A DNA stretch of 32,000 nt from Candidatus Saccharimonadota bacterium (GTDB lineage Bacteria > Patescibacteriota > Gracilibacteria > Absconditabacterales > Absconditicoccaceae): assembly GCA_030429145.1 (NCBI GenBank), contig JAUIDC010000001.1, positions 690,001 to 722,000 of the forward strand, read 5' to 3'. The position numbers and the translations under genes were made by a program. Shown piece after piece: positions 18,889 to 29,843 of the stretch (positions are counted from its first letter, which is position 1; the number at the start of each line of letters is the position of its first letter). The notes below the pieces were generated by a model. The model ran no database searches. It saw nothing but the letters and a program-made list of their open reading frames with translations, and had not been told where the DNA came from.

Positions 18889-19773
18889 TCAAAAAAGTCC
18901 TGCTTGTTGAGGGAGGATATGTGCCTTTTTGAGGGCGTCAATCTGTTTTTCAAGAGAATGAAACTCGTACTTGTTGAGGAGCACTTCTTTTCGATGATTG
19001 AAATCTATATGGTTTTCTAGTCTTGCAGGGTCGATGTCTTCTCGTCCTGGTACAGACATTCGGTCGACAAGTTTCTTGCTTTGGAAGGCCATATCCTTGT
19101 CAGCAACGAGCTTATCTTTCACCGCACCAGTAATTTCATCTATGTGATCATAAATATTCTCGATAGTCAAATATTCCGTGATAAGCATCAACGCTGCCTT
19201 TGGCCCAATACCTTTGACTCCTGGAATGTTATCGCTGCTGTCTCCGACAAGTGCAAGATAGTCAGCAAAGTATTTAGGTTCAAATCCTCGTTCATTGATA
19301 AACGACTCCTTTGTGGTCAATGCATCTTTCATTGGATCACTACAGACGACACAATCATCGAGCAACACCTTAAGATCTTTATCGCTCGTCATGATCGATA
19401 CCTGCGAAAATTTCTTACATTGATCAGCAAGTGTTGCGATAATATCATCTGCTTCATAACCAGGAATCTCTGCACAGTTTATATTCAACTCTTTAATAAG
19501 TTCTTTTGTTTGTCTAATCTGCCATTTGAAATCATCGGGTAGTGGAGGTCTTTTTGCCTTGTAGTCTTCAAATGCCTCATGTCTGAGTGTTTTATGGGGA
19601 GCATCTCGTGCTATAAGAAAGTACTCAGGCTTTTGTGCTAATACTTTAAAAATCATTCTCAGAAAACCATAGATGGCGTGGACAGCATGTCCGTCTTTAT
19701 CTGTCAGTGCTGGAAGTCCATAATATGCTCTAAAAAGATACCCTGAACCGTCAATAATAAACAAACTTTTCAT
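18889..19773 (-). CDS. Stand-alone 5'-3' exonuclease (Pol I N-terminal / FEN-like domain, 294 aa)
   Basis: Contains MKSLFIIDGSGYLFRAYYGLP, FEDYKAKRPPLPDDF, GYEADDIIATLA, SDKDL and YLALVGDSSDNIPGVKGIGPKAA (H3TH). I place the start at the internal ATG 19773 rather than the track's 19875. No polymerase domain follows. Confidence 0.85.
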   Translation of the reverse strand: MKSLFIIDGSGYLFRAYYGLPALTDKDGHAVHAIYGFLRMIFKVLAQKPEYFLIARDAPHKTLRHEAFEDYKAKRPPLPDDFKWQIRQTKELIKELNINCAEIPGYEADDIIATLADQCKKFSQVSIMTSDKDLKVLLDDCVVCSDPMKDALTTKESFINERGFEPKYFADYLALVGDSSDNIPGVKGIGPKAALMLITEYLTIENIYDHIDEITGAVKDKLVADKDMAFQSKKLVDRMSVPGREDIDPARLENHIDFNHRKEVLLNKYEFHSLEKQIDALKKAHILPQQAGLF

Positions 19774-19849
19774 CAGAAAATAGATACACTTACCATTTAA
19801 AAAAGATTCAATTTTCATATAGTGACAATATTTACTTGTATAGAAAGCG

Positions 19850-20245
19850 ATGATTATTGCAACACCAGAGGCCATGGTAGCACTTGGTAAAGAGATCGGA
19901 GCATCTCATAATTTTGTTCTGCTTGAATGAGAACTCGGTGCAGGAAAGACACATTTTGTTAAAGGCTTTGCTGAAGCAAAGGGCATTGATCCTGAGAATG
20001 TCAAAAGTCCGACATATACGTATATCCACGAGCACGGCACTGATCTCCTTCATGTAGATATGTATAGGATGGATGACGAAAATGAACATTTTCTTATTGA
20101 AAAAGGGATACTGGAAAAAATACAAAACTATCCTGCGGTTATTATCGAGCGACCTAAATTCACCGATCAGTATGTAGACAACACTCGACAAACTATTTGT
20201 ATCACAAAAACATCTCCTACGGAGAGGGAGGTAACTATTCTTTAA
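19850..20245 (+). CDS. tsaE: tRNA threonylcarbamoyladenosine (t6A) biosynthesis ATPase TsaE
   Basis: Contains FVLLE-G-ELGAGKTHFVKG (P-loop, TGA at 19928), VKSPTYTY and HVDMYR. The track shows only the C-terminal fragment 20060-20245. Confidence 0.85.
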
Positions 20246-20258
20246 TCGTGTTATTGTT

Positions 20259-20915
20259 ATGAAAAAAAACGAGCGTATAGATTTTATCTTTCAAGAGCTA
20301 CAAAGGCGTTACGAAGGTTCAACAACAGAACTTCATTATGAAACGCCATTTCAGTTGTTGGCGTCTGTCATATTATCTGCTCAGTGTACTGATAAGCGTG
20401 TCAACATGGTGACGCCTCATCTTTTTGCTCAGTTTCCTGATGCTCAGACAATGAGTAAAGCATCTGTAGACGACATTTTTTCACTCATACAGTCTATCAG
20501 CTATCCAAACAGCAAAGCAAAAAATCTCTTGGGCATGGCAAAAAAACTACATGATCTTCATCATGGAGGAGTGCCTAATGATTTTAAAGCGCTTGTTGAG
20601 CTGCCTTGAGTGTGAGAAAAAACAGCAAAGGTAGTGCTTCATGTGCTCTATGATGAAAATGTGATAGCAGTAGATACGCATGTACATAGGATAGCAAATA
20701 GACTATGACTGGTGAAAACGAATAGTCCGCTACAAACCTCAAAGCAACTTGAAAAAGTAGTGCCGGAACACTATAAGTCTTTCGCTCATCATGGTATGAT
20801 ACTGTTTGGACGTTATCACTGTACGGCTATAAAACCTAGGTGTTCTGATTGTCCTTTTCAACAGATCTGTCCTCACTTTAAGAAAGTCTTGAGCAAAAAT
20901 GGTAAACATAAGTAA
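20259..20915 (+). CDS. nth: Endonuclease III (HhH-GPD DNA glycosylase with [4Fe-4S] cluster loop)
   Basis: Contains PFQLLASVILSAQCTDKRVN, LVELP-G-V-G-EKTAKVV (TGA 20607 and 20613), VDTHVHRIANRL-G-L (TGA 20706) and C-x6-C-x2-C-x5-C (CTAIKPRCSDCPFQQIC). Confidence 0.9.
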
Positions 20916-20944
20916 CTTTATTCGTTTCTTTGATCATAACAAAG

Positions 20945-21580
20945 ATGGTAGAACCAACTTGGGGTGTCGAGCTCCTACAGTCACTCAATACGTTTATTAG
21001 TCAATCAGAACTTTACTATACTGTAGCGTCTCTGTTCGCAGACGTTCCTGTTTTCTTACTTCCTGTCTTTCTGCTTTGGCTGTATATACGACACGGCATG
21101 GTGAGAAAACATATCTCTGCAAAGTATGGTGCATTGCTGATTTTCATGAGCGCTGTCTTAGCTGCTGCTATTAACTTATGATTGCAGGAGATTATTGTCA
21201 AAGCGAGACCAGAAACAGCGTTGACGGGAACAGGTCGTCTTATCATGAAGCACCTTCCGACAGCTTCGTTCCCTTCTGATCATGCGGCTGTTGCTATGGC
21301 GGTTGCACTTTCGAGTCTCGTCTGGGGAGGTAAACGTGGCAAAAAAACCGTAAAAATATGGTGACGAGTGCTTCTCGTCCTTACTATCTGCATGTCAATT
21401 GCCCGCGTGGCAGTTGGTGTGCACTGGCCGACTGATATCCTTGCAGGTTGGGGTGTCAGTCTACTAACAGTATTGATTATATTTACTCCAGTAGTGAAAA
21501 AATTTCTCAATCGTCACGTTATTCACTACCTGATAGCATTGGAACAGTCAATTTTTGGGAAAATCTATAAGAAATCGTAA
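20945..21580 (+). CDS. PAP2-family phosphatase (undecaprenyl-diphosphatase/BcrC-like)
   Basis: PAP2 motifs are KARPE (KxxxxxxRP region), PSDH and ARVAVGVHWPTD (SRxxxxxHxxxD). Multiple hydrophobic helices. TGAs at 21179 and 21362 join three track ORFs. The start is ATG 20945, or TTG 20930 as in the track. Confidence 0.8.
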
Positions 21581-21581
21581 C

Positions 21582-22313
21582 TTATTCTGCTCCATTCACG
21601 TTTGAAGCTTTACGCTCGACTCTCTCTTTTCTTCTCGCTATCCTGTTGATTTTTTTTGCTTCGTCCCATAGGTTGTTCATTTGTAGAGCGCCTCTTATTT
21701 GGCTAGCTCGTCCTATAGCAGCTCTTTGCTCTCATCTGGTTGGGTTGTCGCCAAATCTATATTCTGCGTACTTAGATGCGAGGTTTCTCATGAAATTTGT
21801 ACCATTCAAGTCACCCTCTGATAAGAACTCTATGAGAATTTGTATCTCTCTATCGGGAAACTGTCTTAATTCAGGTATCTTGTTTATACGGTCGATGAGT
21901 TCTTGTTGTCTTTGGTCTAATTTGCTATAGTCTGTGTTCAAATTTTCATAGCGACTAGTATCTTTTTCTCCTGACTGTGGCCACACGCTAATATTCCCTC
22001 CTGTTGTATACACGGTCACATTGAAAAGCTTTTCATAGAGCTCTTTTGCACCCTTGTAAGGGTTTTCATTTTCTCACGGGCGTTTTGTTGGGCGAATATC
22101 TCGTTGAGCTTCGAGTGTCACGATATTGAAGAGATTGTTTTTAATAGCATCTCCGATCTGTGCTTCACTTTGTTTCAGGTAGTTCACTGCTTCCTCTTTC
22201 TTTTTAGGATTGCTCAATACCTCTTGAGCTTCTTTTATCTCATTTTTATCTATACCAATTTCAATGCCATCGGCGAGGTTGTCTATTTGTTGTATCTGGC
22301 CATCAATACTCAT
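21582..22313 (-). CDS. Hypothetical protein (243 aa)
   Basis: Track ORFs 22074-22313 and 21732-22019 and the stretch down to TAA (21582-21584 on the minus strand) are in one frame, joined by TGA at 22074 and 21732. No family recognised. Basic C-terminal tail. Confidence 0.5.
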
Positions 22314-22319
22314 GATTTT

Positions 22320-22610
22320 TTATAAGTCTTGTAAAGCATTTTCTAACTCTTGTACGTCTACTTGATCTTGTAGACGTGATTCTCCCTCTATCTTTTGAAT
22401 ATCTTCTAGCAGTTTTATGCTTTGTTCCATCTTTTCTCTCGTTTCTGTCTTTTGTACTGTATGGATAGTTTGTTTCAGAATCTGTGTCAATTGCGTGATA
22501 GCTTCATTGTCAAATTTATCTAAAAGTAGAAATCTTTTGAGATCTTTTGCAAGTGGCCAGTCGTTTTCCAGCCCTTCTAGAATCATGAGAATATATTGCT
22601 TCTTAGTCAT
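22320..22610 (-). CDS. Hypothetical protein (96 aa)
   Basis: Start taken at the internal ATG 22610 (MTKKQYILMILEGLEND...). It lies 6 nt upstream of the next minus-strand gene, so the two probably form an operon. No family recognised. Confidence 0.45.
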   Translation of the reverse strand: MTKKQYILMILEGLENDWPLAKDLKRFLLLDKFDNEAITQLTQILKQTIHTVQKTETREKMEQSIKLLEDIQKIEGESRLQDQVDVQELENALQDL

Positions 22611-22758
22611 GCATATACCCAAGAAAAGTGTAAAGCTCACAACTCTTAGTATAATGATTTTATGAGTCAGAAATAATCTTAGCAGCATATGATAAGATTT
22701 GCAGTTATTTTATATGGACATATTTGCTTTTTTACATCATAATATGTGTCATTTCGCG

Positions 22759-22788
22759 TTGCATTTAACTAGGAAATCACTATATATT
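22759..22788 (+). promoter_or_regulatory. Sigma-70-like promoter candidate for the tRNA gene
   Basis: TTGCAT (22759-22764), 16-18 nt spacer, TATATA/TATATT (22781-22788), about 14 nt upstream of tRNA position 1. Confidence 0.45.
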
Positions 22789-22801
22789 TTGTGCTATGGA
22801 C

Positions 22802-22873
22802 GCCCTTGTAGTTCAACGGATAGAACAGGCCCGTCCTAAGGGTTAGATGTGGGTTCGATTCCTACCAAGGGTA
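22802..22873 (+). tRNA. tRNA-Arg (anticodon CCU)
   Basis: Hand-folded cloverleaf. Acceptor stem GCCCTTG/CAAGGGT (G1-U72). D arm GTTC-aacggata-GAAC. Anticodon arm GGCCC-gtCCTaa-GGGTT. 4-nt variable loop. T arm GTGGG-TTCGATT-CCTAC. Discriminator A, and no encoded CCA. Confidence 0.8.
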
Positions 22874-22980
22874 GGATCCTTATAACAAGGAGTCTATATG
22901 TATAAATGTAACCTGCTACAATGGGGTATATCTCTCCGAAGTGGGTACGATGATTTTATTTTATTATTTTATTTTTCATC

Positions 22981-23241
22981 ATGACAGACGACATTCTTAC
23001 AGTGGTAGAGCCGTTCAAAAGACATGACAATGACAACGGTTCACCGGAAGTACAAATTGCTATCCTTACACATGAAATTACTATGCTTCAGGGACACTTG
23101 AAGGAGCATGATAAGGATGTAGACGCAAAAAGATCTCTTCTGAAGAAAGTAGCAAGAAGAAGAAAATTTGTGAAGTATCTCAAAGAAAATGATCTAGAGA
23201 GATACAATCTCGTGTCAAAAAAACTAGGACTTAAAGCGTAA
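22981..23241 (+). CDS. rpsO: 30S ribosomal protein S15
   Basis: Contains GSPEVQIAILTHEITMLQGHLKEHDKDVDAKRSLLKKVARRRKFVKYL...RYNLVSKKLGLK. Confidence 0.95.
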   Translation: MTDDILTVVEPFKRHDNDNGSPEVQIAILTHEITMLQGHLKEHDKDVDAKRSLLKKVARRRKFVKYLKENDLERYNLVSKKLGLKA

Positions 23242-23320
23242 AGACATACACTATAACCAAGGTCCATGTGGACTATATGAATTTTATACATTTTTATTTG
23301 TTTAACATTTTAATTCATTA

Positions 23321-24577
23321 ATGGTTAAGGCAAAAAACGATCAAAATGATGCTGTTCTTGGTATGGATATTCCTGTAATCAAGAGTGGTGCTAAAATATC
23401 TGGTACTGTTTTAAAAGAAATTGAACAAGGTGTTCTTGTAAGTTGTGCTGGTGGCGCATTTACGGGTATTATCCTTTCAAAAGAGGTAAAAGATCTTAAG
23501 AGAAATAATTATGACCTTTCTATCGGAAAGGAGCTCGAAGCAGAGATTATGAATACTGATATCAGAAGTGATGAAGGATACTTCGTGATTTCTATCTCTA
23601 AGCTTATCCAGTACGATGTATGGAAGAATATCACGGCTAAGTTTAAAGAGGATGACATCATCACAGTTGTTCCTACAGAGGCAAATCTCGGTGGTCTTCT
23701 TATCGATATGCATGGTATTAAGGGATTCATCCCACTTTCACAGCTCGCTCCTGTTAACTATCCAAGAGTAGAGGATGGTGATCAAGAAAGAATCTTCGAA
23801 AAACTTCTCAATCTCGTTGGTAAGGAGTTCAAGGTTCGTATTATTAATATAGATGAAGAGAATAAACGTATCGTACTTTCTGAAAGAGAGGCTCTCAAAG
23901 AAGAAAGAGAAAAGATCCTTGAGACTATTAAAGTTGGAAATGAGTACGAAGGTACTGTTTCAGGTCTTTCATCATACGGTCTATTCGTGACTATCGGTGG
24001 TGGTATCGAAGGTCTCGTTCATATTTCTGAGATCACATACGGTCACGTTTCAAATGTAGACAGACTTGCAAAGGTAGGTGATGAGATGAAAGTAAAAGTA
24101 ATTGGTTATGAAGATGGAAAGATTTCACTTTCTGCTAAGCAGCTGAAGACTGACCCATGGAAAGTTATTCCTGAGAAGTTCCAAGTTGGTGATGTGATCG
24201 AAGGTGAAGTTATCAGATTTGTACCATATGGTGTGTTTATTCGTATCTACGATGACATCAATGGTCTTATCCACTTGAGTGAGATCTCAAATGACAATAT
24301 CAGTAGTCCAACTGACGCTGTGAAGCTTGGTCAGGTAGTAAGAGCTAAGATCATTGCTCTTGAACCACAAAATAGAAAGATTGGTCTTTCTATTAGAGCT
24401 CTCCAAGCTGATGGACAGACAGATGCTCCAAAGGCTGCAAAGAAGACAGCAAAAAAAGAGGAGTCTGATGATGCTGAAGCAAAAGCGGAGAAAGCAGCAC
24501 CAAAGAAAACTGTTGCGAAGAAAGCTCCAGCAAAAAAGACTGCTGCAAAGAAAACAGCAGATAAGGACGCAGAATAG
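23321..24577 (+). CDS. rpsA: 30S ribosomal protein S1 (four S1 domains) with a Lys/Ala-rich C-terminal tail
   Basis: Repeated S1/OB modules, e.g. G.V......G..V.....GFIP.S and EGTVSGLSSYGLFVTIGGGIEGLVHISEI, VIEGEVIRFVPYGVFIRIYDDINGLIHLSEIS. The tail is KAAKKTAKKEE...AAPKKTVAKKAPAKKTAAKKTADKDAE. Confidence 0.9.
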   Translation: MVKAKNDQNDAVLGMDIPVIKSGAKISGTVLKEIEQGVLVSCAGGAFTGIILSKEVKDLKRNNYDLSIGKELEAEIMNTDIRSDEGYFVISISKLIQYDVWKNITAKFKEDDIITVVPTEANLGGLLIDMHGIKGFIPLSQLAPVNYPRVEDGDQERIFEKLLNLVGKEFKVRIINIDEENKRIVLSEREALKEEREKILETIKVGNEYEGTVSGLSSYGLFVTIGGGIEGLVHISEITYGHVSNVDRLAKVGDEMKVKVIGYEDGKISLSAKQLKTDPWKVIPEKFQVGDVIEGEVIRFVPYGVFIRIYDDINGLIHLSEISNDNISSPTDAVKLGQVVRAKIIALEPQNRKIGLSIRALQADGQTDAPKAAKKTAKKEESDDAEAKAEKAAPKKTVAKKAPAKKTAAKKTADKDAE

Positions 24578-24597
24578 TCAGATATTCTCTCCTGTAG

Positions 24598-24630
24598 AAA
24601 AGCTATGTCATGAGTGACATAGCTTTTTTT
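24598..24630 (+). terminator. Intrinsic terminator after rpsA
   Basis: Perfect 12-13 bp hairpin AAAGCTATGTCA-tgag-TGACATAGCTTT followed by a T-run. Confidence 0.85.
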
Positions 24631-24692
24631 ATTTGTATTTTCTCTCTGTATCCGTAAACAAAGCGTAATCTTTATCCTTTTTATTTATACTT

Positions 24693-25196
24693 ATGGAACT
24701 CGTAAAAAAAACAAATCATCCATTTAATTACGTGATATTTATACAAGCGTTTATAGCTATGCTAGGGTCTCTCTATTTTTCAAACTTTGGTGACCCGGTG
24801 GCAAATGCTCAATCAGGTAGTATTTTCCCAGCTGATAGTGGTTTTCAACCATGTAGTCTTTGTCGATGGTCTCGTATACTAATGTATCCTCTTGCATGGT
24901 TTTCACTGTGGGGTCTCATGCGTAAGGATCGTAAAATAGTCTCTATATTTCAATGGGTGTCGCTCGCAGGTATTCTGCTTTCTGCGTATCACTATATACT
25001 ACAAAAAACAACTATTATCAAAACTTCAGCATTTTGTACTATGCAGAACCCTTGTGACGCATTGCAGGTCGACTATTTTGGTGTTGTTACTATCCCATTT
25101 ATGGCACTCGTAGCCTATATTATTATTTTCATCGCTTGTCTTATCGTAAAATCTGACACTCCAAAAGAGGTTGAGCTGGAGCATCATCACTTCTAA
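24693..25196 (+). CDS. Disulfide bond formation protein, DsbB/BdbC family
   Basis: AMLGSLYFS...PCSLCRWSRILMYP...YHYILQK...C....PC......FG.VTIPFMALVAYIIIF is collinear with B. subtilis BdbC, including both Cys pairs. Confidence 0.8.
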   Translation: MELVKKTNHPFNYVIFIQAFIAMLGSLYFSNFGDPVANAQSGSIFPADSGFQPCSLCRWSRILMYPLAWFSLWGLMRKDRKIVSIFQWVSLAGILLSAYHYILQKTTIIKTSAFCTMQNPCDALQVDYFGVVTIPFMALVAYIIIFIACLIVKSDTPKEVELEHHHF

Positions 25197-25221
25197 ACCC
25201 ATTTGTTATCAATAAGCTATT

Positions 25222-26028
25222 ATGGAGCCTATAGTACAGAAGTTATATCAAGGAGATTCCATGGAGCTCGTGCATGAGCTTCTTTCTGTCTATCAAAGAA
25301 ATGGTTTCGCTGTAGTAAACTTTCTCTATTTTGCCAATGCGATGCAGTTTCACCTTTTTGAGCAACGCTTGCAGAATATAAAAGATAGACAATATAGTGA
25401 GGCCTTACTCAAGGGAGATTTCTTGCTTCCTGATGGTATCGCTTTACAACTTTGGGCAAAACGAACTGAAAAAAAAACAACACACAATCTCAATGGCACT
25501 GACTTAACACCTCTCTTTTTACAATATCTTAATGATCACGAGAAGGCTTCTCTTTATATTTACTCTCTCTATGATCCTAAGATTGATAAGGGGCCAGAAT
25601 GGTTGTGAAAGGCGGTAGAAAAGCTACACGAGAGCTATCCACAGCTCAAGATAGTTTTTACTCACCAGTCTTTATATGCGCAAAGATGAGAGCAGTTTCC
25701 ACGGAGAAAACTCGAAGAATGTGTAGAGGAGGATGATAGTCATATGAAAGTATTTTTGCATTGTACGGGAACGCCTTTCCAAGAGCTTTGGGTAGAGGAG
25801 AATAGAGCTTTTTTTGAAAAAAATCACCTCTTGGTGATGAATGTGGGAGGATTTATCGATTTTGTAGCAGGATTTGAGATTCGTGCACCAAAATGGGTAG
25901 TGAAAGCAAGGATTTTAGAAACATTTTGGCGCATAGCGACAAACCCTCGTAAGAACCTCAAGAAATTCCTTGCAATGTTCGGAATATGGCGCATTCTTTT
26001 GCAGAAATTACGCTTGAAAAACTCGTAG
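25222..26028 (+). CDS. WecG/TagA/CpsF-family glycosyltransferase
   Basis: Contains LLPDGIALQLWAK, GTPFQELWVEEN and NVGGFIDFVAGFEIRAPKWVVKARILETFWRIATNPRKNLKKF. TGAs at 25606 and 25687 join the two track ORFs. Confidence 0.7.
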
Positions 26029-26074
26029 AATTCAGTATTCCTAATGAGTATTTTATCACAATTTGACAATTTTC

Positions 26075-28135
26075 ATGCAGCTTCAACATAGTGCTTTGAC
26101 ATATGGACCGGAACACTCACATGTTGCTATCCATAAAGAGGTAGGTAGCAACATTACTGTCCATGCTGATATCGTATTGCTCTCTGACAAATTTCTCGAA
26201 TATCAGAGGACCATACTTGACGAGTTTTTCGCGCAGCTTTTTGACCTTACTTATAGCGAGGATGTGCTCTTCGATGAGATCATCGATGGGTTTGAGATGC
26301 TTTTGCAGTCTCTCAATACCAAGTTAGAAACTTTCGCAAGCAAGATTACTGATGCGCCATTTTTTGATATCCGTGGAGCGATTCAGCTATTCCACCATCA
26401 AGATTATATTGCGTCGCTTATTGGTGATGTAACCCTTCTTGTTGCAAGAGAAGGCAAGATGCAATATACGCTTCATAACGATGTGATGACTAATCGTCCG
26501 ATAGCATTGTTTTCTGACTTTATCCAAGGTGATATCTATGCTGGTGATCAGATTTTCATCCTTGGTGGTGATACTACGCAGTATTTTGATCAGTATGAGC
26601 TTCAGGAGTTTGTTGACAGTCTAGACAACCAAGAAGATGTCGCATCGTACACACGCGACATGTTGAAGCAGAGATGTCCAGTAGAGGAGCTTGGTATCGT
26701 TTCTCACTATGGTCTGACACTTGCAAAGCCAAAGAGCGTTGCTACAAAGGCAGGAGGAAACTTGAAAAAGGTCATAGCATGAGTTGGTGCTGGTAAGATC
26801 TTTTCGAAGCTCAATATCCACATGGGTGATAGATGGATTATCTTTACGAGAAATGTGCGTGAGATGATGTCGCAGTATAGATACGCGATAGTGATAGGTT
26901 TGTTTAGTATTTTTTTATTGTACCTGCTCTATGGACTAGTAGCAAACTTCATCAGAAACAATACTACCAATACTATCAATTCTGATGGTACAGTAACGGC
27001 AAATCTCTCTATTGAGGATATCAAAAAGGAGCTTGTTAACTTCCAGAAACTTGATCCATCAACGGAGGAAAAGGTTATCAAATATAATGCACTCAAAGAC
27101 CAGCTTGATGCTCTAGAAAGGGAAGGAAAGCGAAAAAATGATGTTGCTCAACTCAAGACTATTCTCAATACCGAGTATTATAGAGGGTTTAATATCGTTC
27201 TCGTTGACAATCTCGTAGAGCAAAATGTCTATACATTCTCAAGTTTGGAGAAGAGCACAATGGGTATCCCTCTCAATATTTTCTATAACAGATCGTTCTA
27301 CGTTGCAGGTGATAAGGGAGCAGTGCTAGCAGGTATTAGCGATGATGTAAGAGGGAATAATATCACATATTCGCTTGGTCTCACCGCAGAGTCTTGTTCG
27401 TTGAATCTCCTTGGAGACGGTATTTACTGTGCCTCTACGGATAATAGAATCTTCAACACGACAAAAGCTGGTAGTGAGGATGTAAAGATTGAAGGAGGAA
27501 ATTTCCCTGAAGGGATTATTGGTCTTGGGACTTTTGGAAGCTCTAACTTCTACGCACTCCTTAAAAATAGTAGTTTAGCAGCCGATGGTATCTATGTTGC
27601 AAAGTATAGTAATCTATTGGGGTCTCAGACAGCATTTACGCCAGGGGTCTTCTTAGAGCTCAATGATACGTCTCTTCCAGAACAGATCCCAAATGGTTTC
27701 TCTGCTATGACTATTGATGGTACATTCCTTTTGTGGTCTCCAGACAACAAGGGCCTCTACCAGATGTATAGAAACTCAGCATGACAGCCCCTCAATCGAC
27801 GTCCTATTAGCCTCAATGGTGGAACAAACATCGGTGACGGCTACAGTGAAAACGTAAAACCTATCTCGTTTATAAATAGTAAATATGTGTACCTTTTTGA
27901 TAAAGTAAATCAGACATTTACCGTCTATACGAGTAGTCCTCTCAAAACAAACACGGCGTATACCGCTGGTTACTCACTTAACTATGTGATGAGAATTAAC
28001 TTTAGTGTGCCGAATAATACTATTATTGATGCTACCGTTGATGAGAGCGATGGGAAACAGACATTGTATATACTACACAATGAGGGTGTAGCGAAGATTG
28101 TGCTCACTGACTATATGCAAAACATGACACAATAG
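26075..28135 (+). CDS. Hypothetical single-pass membrane protein (~686 aa): ~250-aa cytoplasmic N-domain, one TM helix, ~430-aa external domain
   Basis: Track ORFs 26063-26782, 26822-27784 and 27887-28135 are co-framed through TGA at 26780 and 27782. The hydrophobic helix is YAIVIGLFSIFLLYLLYGLVANF. Start at ATG 26075 (TTG 26063 is an alternative). No family recognised. Confidence 0.6.
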
Positions 28136-28163
28136 TCCATAATTATAAGAAATCGTAGATTTG

Positions 28164-28189
28164 ACCACGCCTTTGGCGTGGTTTTTTTA
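28164..28189 (+). terminator. Intrinsic terminator
   Basis: Hairpin ACCACGCC-ttt-GGCGTGGT followed by T7. Confidence 0.85.
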
Positions 28190-28319
28190 TGTAAAACGAG
28201 AGAAGGATGTCAAGACGACTAGCATTGTAATTGGTAAAGCAAAGTGTATATATTATTTTGGTAACATTTTTAGTTACATTAAAGATCCTTACAATACAAT
28301 GATATTTACACCTCTCGTT

Positions 28320-29816
28320 TTGTATGCCGGTGTTTGAGCACTGGTCCTCGGAGGTATTATAGGGTATGCCCTCTATAGCCTTGTGTGGAAAAGAAAGAAA
28401 CAAGAACTACAAGCGAAACTGGATAAAGCAGATGACACAGCAGCTGATATTATAAAACGCGCAGAAGAAAGGTATAGGAAAGCAGAAAACATCAGCAAAG
28501 AACTTATAGAAAATGCGCAACGCGAATTTGATAAGCGCATGCAGAAAGCAGATCAGATCGAAGAGAGATTCCGTCAGAAAGAAGAAAAGATGGAACAAAG
28601 GATGGAGACTCTCGAAACGGAAAAACAAAAACTTATAGAAAAGCAGCAGAAGCTTGATGAGCTTGTGGCACAGGAAAAAGAAGTACTATCACAGATTGCA
28701 AGACTCTCTCCTGAGGAGGCAAAGGAGAAGCTTTTTGAGTTAGTAGAGCAACAGTATAGCCATGAGATCTCTACATTCGTAGAAAAGTTTAAGGCTTTGA
28801 AACAAGAAGAGGCAGATAAGGAAGCGACTGCTATCTTGACGAAAGTGATGCCTCGTGTCGCTGTCAATGCTGTCTCTGAATTCACTGTGTCTCTTGTAGA
28901 GATACCTAGTGAAGATACCAAAGGAAAGCTTATCTGACGTGAAGGAAGAAACGTCTCATACTTTGAAAAGATTACAGGTGTTGAGGTTATTATTGATGAT
29001 ACACCTTTGATAGTGAGACTCTCTTCATACGACAATGAAAAGCGTTTTCTTGCGACAGAAACATTGAAGCGTCTCATAAAAGATGGACGTATCAATCCTG
29101 TCTATATTGAAAAAGTATACAATGAAGTTGCTGGTTCTTTTGATCAGCTCTTGATGGACAAAGGAAAAGAAGCGCTTATGATGCTCAATATCCCTATGAT
29201 GAAGCCTGATGTGGTCAAGATGATTGGGCAGTTCCAGTTTAGGTACTCATACGGACAGAATTTGTGGATCCATTCGATCGAAGTGGCAAAGACTGCTGAA
29301 GCTATCGCACTGGAGATGGGTCTTGATGGTATGATGGCGAAAAAAGCAGGTCTTCTTCATGATATTGGAAAGATCGCAACCGCAAATGGTCAGTCACATA
29401 CGCAGGTCGGAGGAGACATCCTCAAGAAATACTGATTTGATGAGATCATCGTCAACACCGCTCAGGCACATCACTTTGATGTGCCACTGACATCTGCTAT
29501 CGGCCGAGTAGTGACGGCGGCAGACGCTATTTCTGCAGGACGTCCTGGTGCAAGATTCAATGCGAAAGAGGTCTTCATCGAAAAGATGTCTGAGCTGGAG
29601 AAGCTTATTTCTAGCGTCTCTGGTGTCGATAAGGTACACATCATGCAGGCTGGACGTGAGATTATGGTGTTTGTTGATCCTGCAGAAATCGATGATATTG
29701 GAGTACAGAAACTCATTAAAGATATCGGCTCAAAGGTGGAAGATCAGCTTGATTATCCTGGTATCATCCGTGTAGTAGCTATCAGAGAGACAAAGGTAGT
29801 TGACTACCTCCGTTAA
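28320..29816 (+). CDS. rny: Ribonuclease Y (N-terminal TM, coiled coil, KH and HD domains)
   Basis: The KH motif is [29 protein letters not shown] (TGA 28935). The HD domain is HSIEVA...AGLLHDIGK...HHFD (TGA 29433). The C-terminus is GREIMVFVDP...YPG.IRV..IRETK. The hydrophobic N-terminus YAGV-G-ALVLGGIIGYALYSLV lies upstream of the track start. I propose TTG 28320 as the start because there is no in-frame ATG; this start is uncertain. Confidence 0.88.
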
Positions 29817-29843
29817 GAATGTTTTTATCTTTTATTGGTATAC

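Noticed and set aside
21578-21584. Convergent genes (PAP2 stop TAA 21578-21580, minus-strand gene stop 21582-21584) lie 1 nt apart with no terminator hairpin.
   Set aside because: It is real in the sequence but is just tight packing typical of small genomes. There is no additional structure to interpret.
22802-22873. This tRNA might be the tRNA-Gly(UCA) that decodes TGA.
   Set aside because: The only fold with canonical stems places CCT at positions 34-36 (Arg, AGG reader). A register giving UCC or UCA breaks the anticodon stem.
28574-29095. 173-aa minus-strand ORF, and similar ORFs at 14765-15211, 5011-5719, 6922-7350 and 18492-18953.
   Set aside because: All overlap confidently identified genes (rny, lepA, cysS, the beta-CASP nuclease, dtd/exonuclease), either antisense or out of frame, and none has a recognisable motif.
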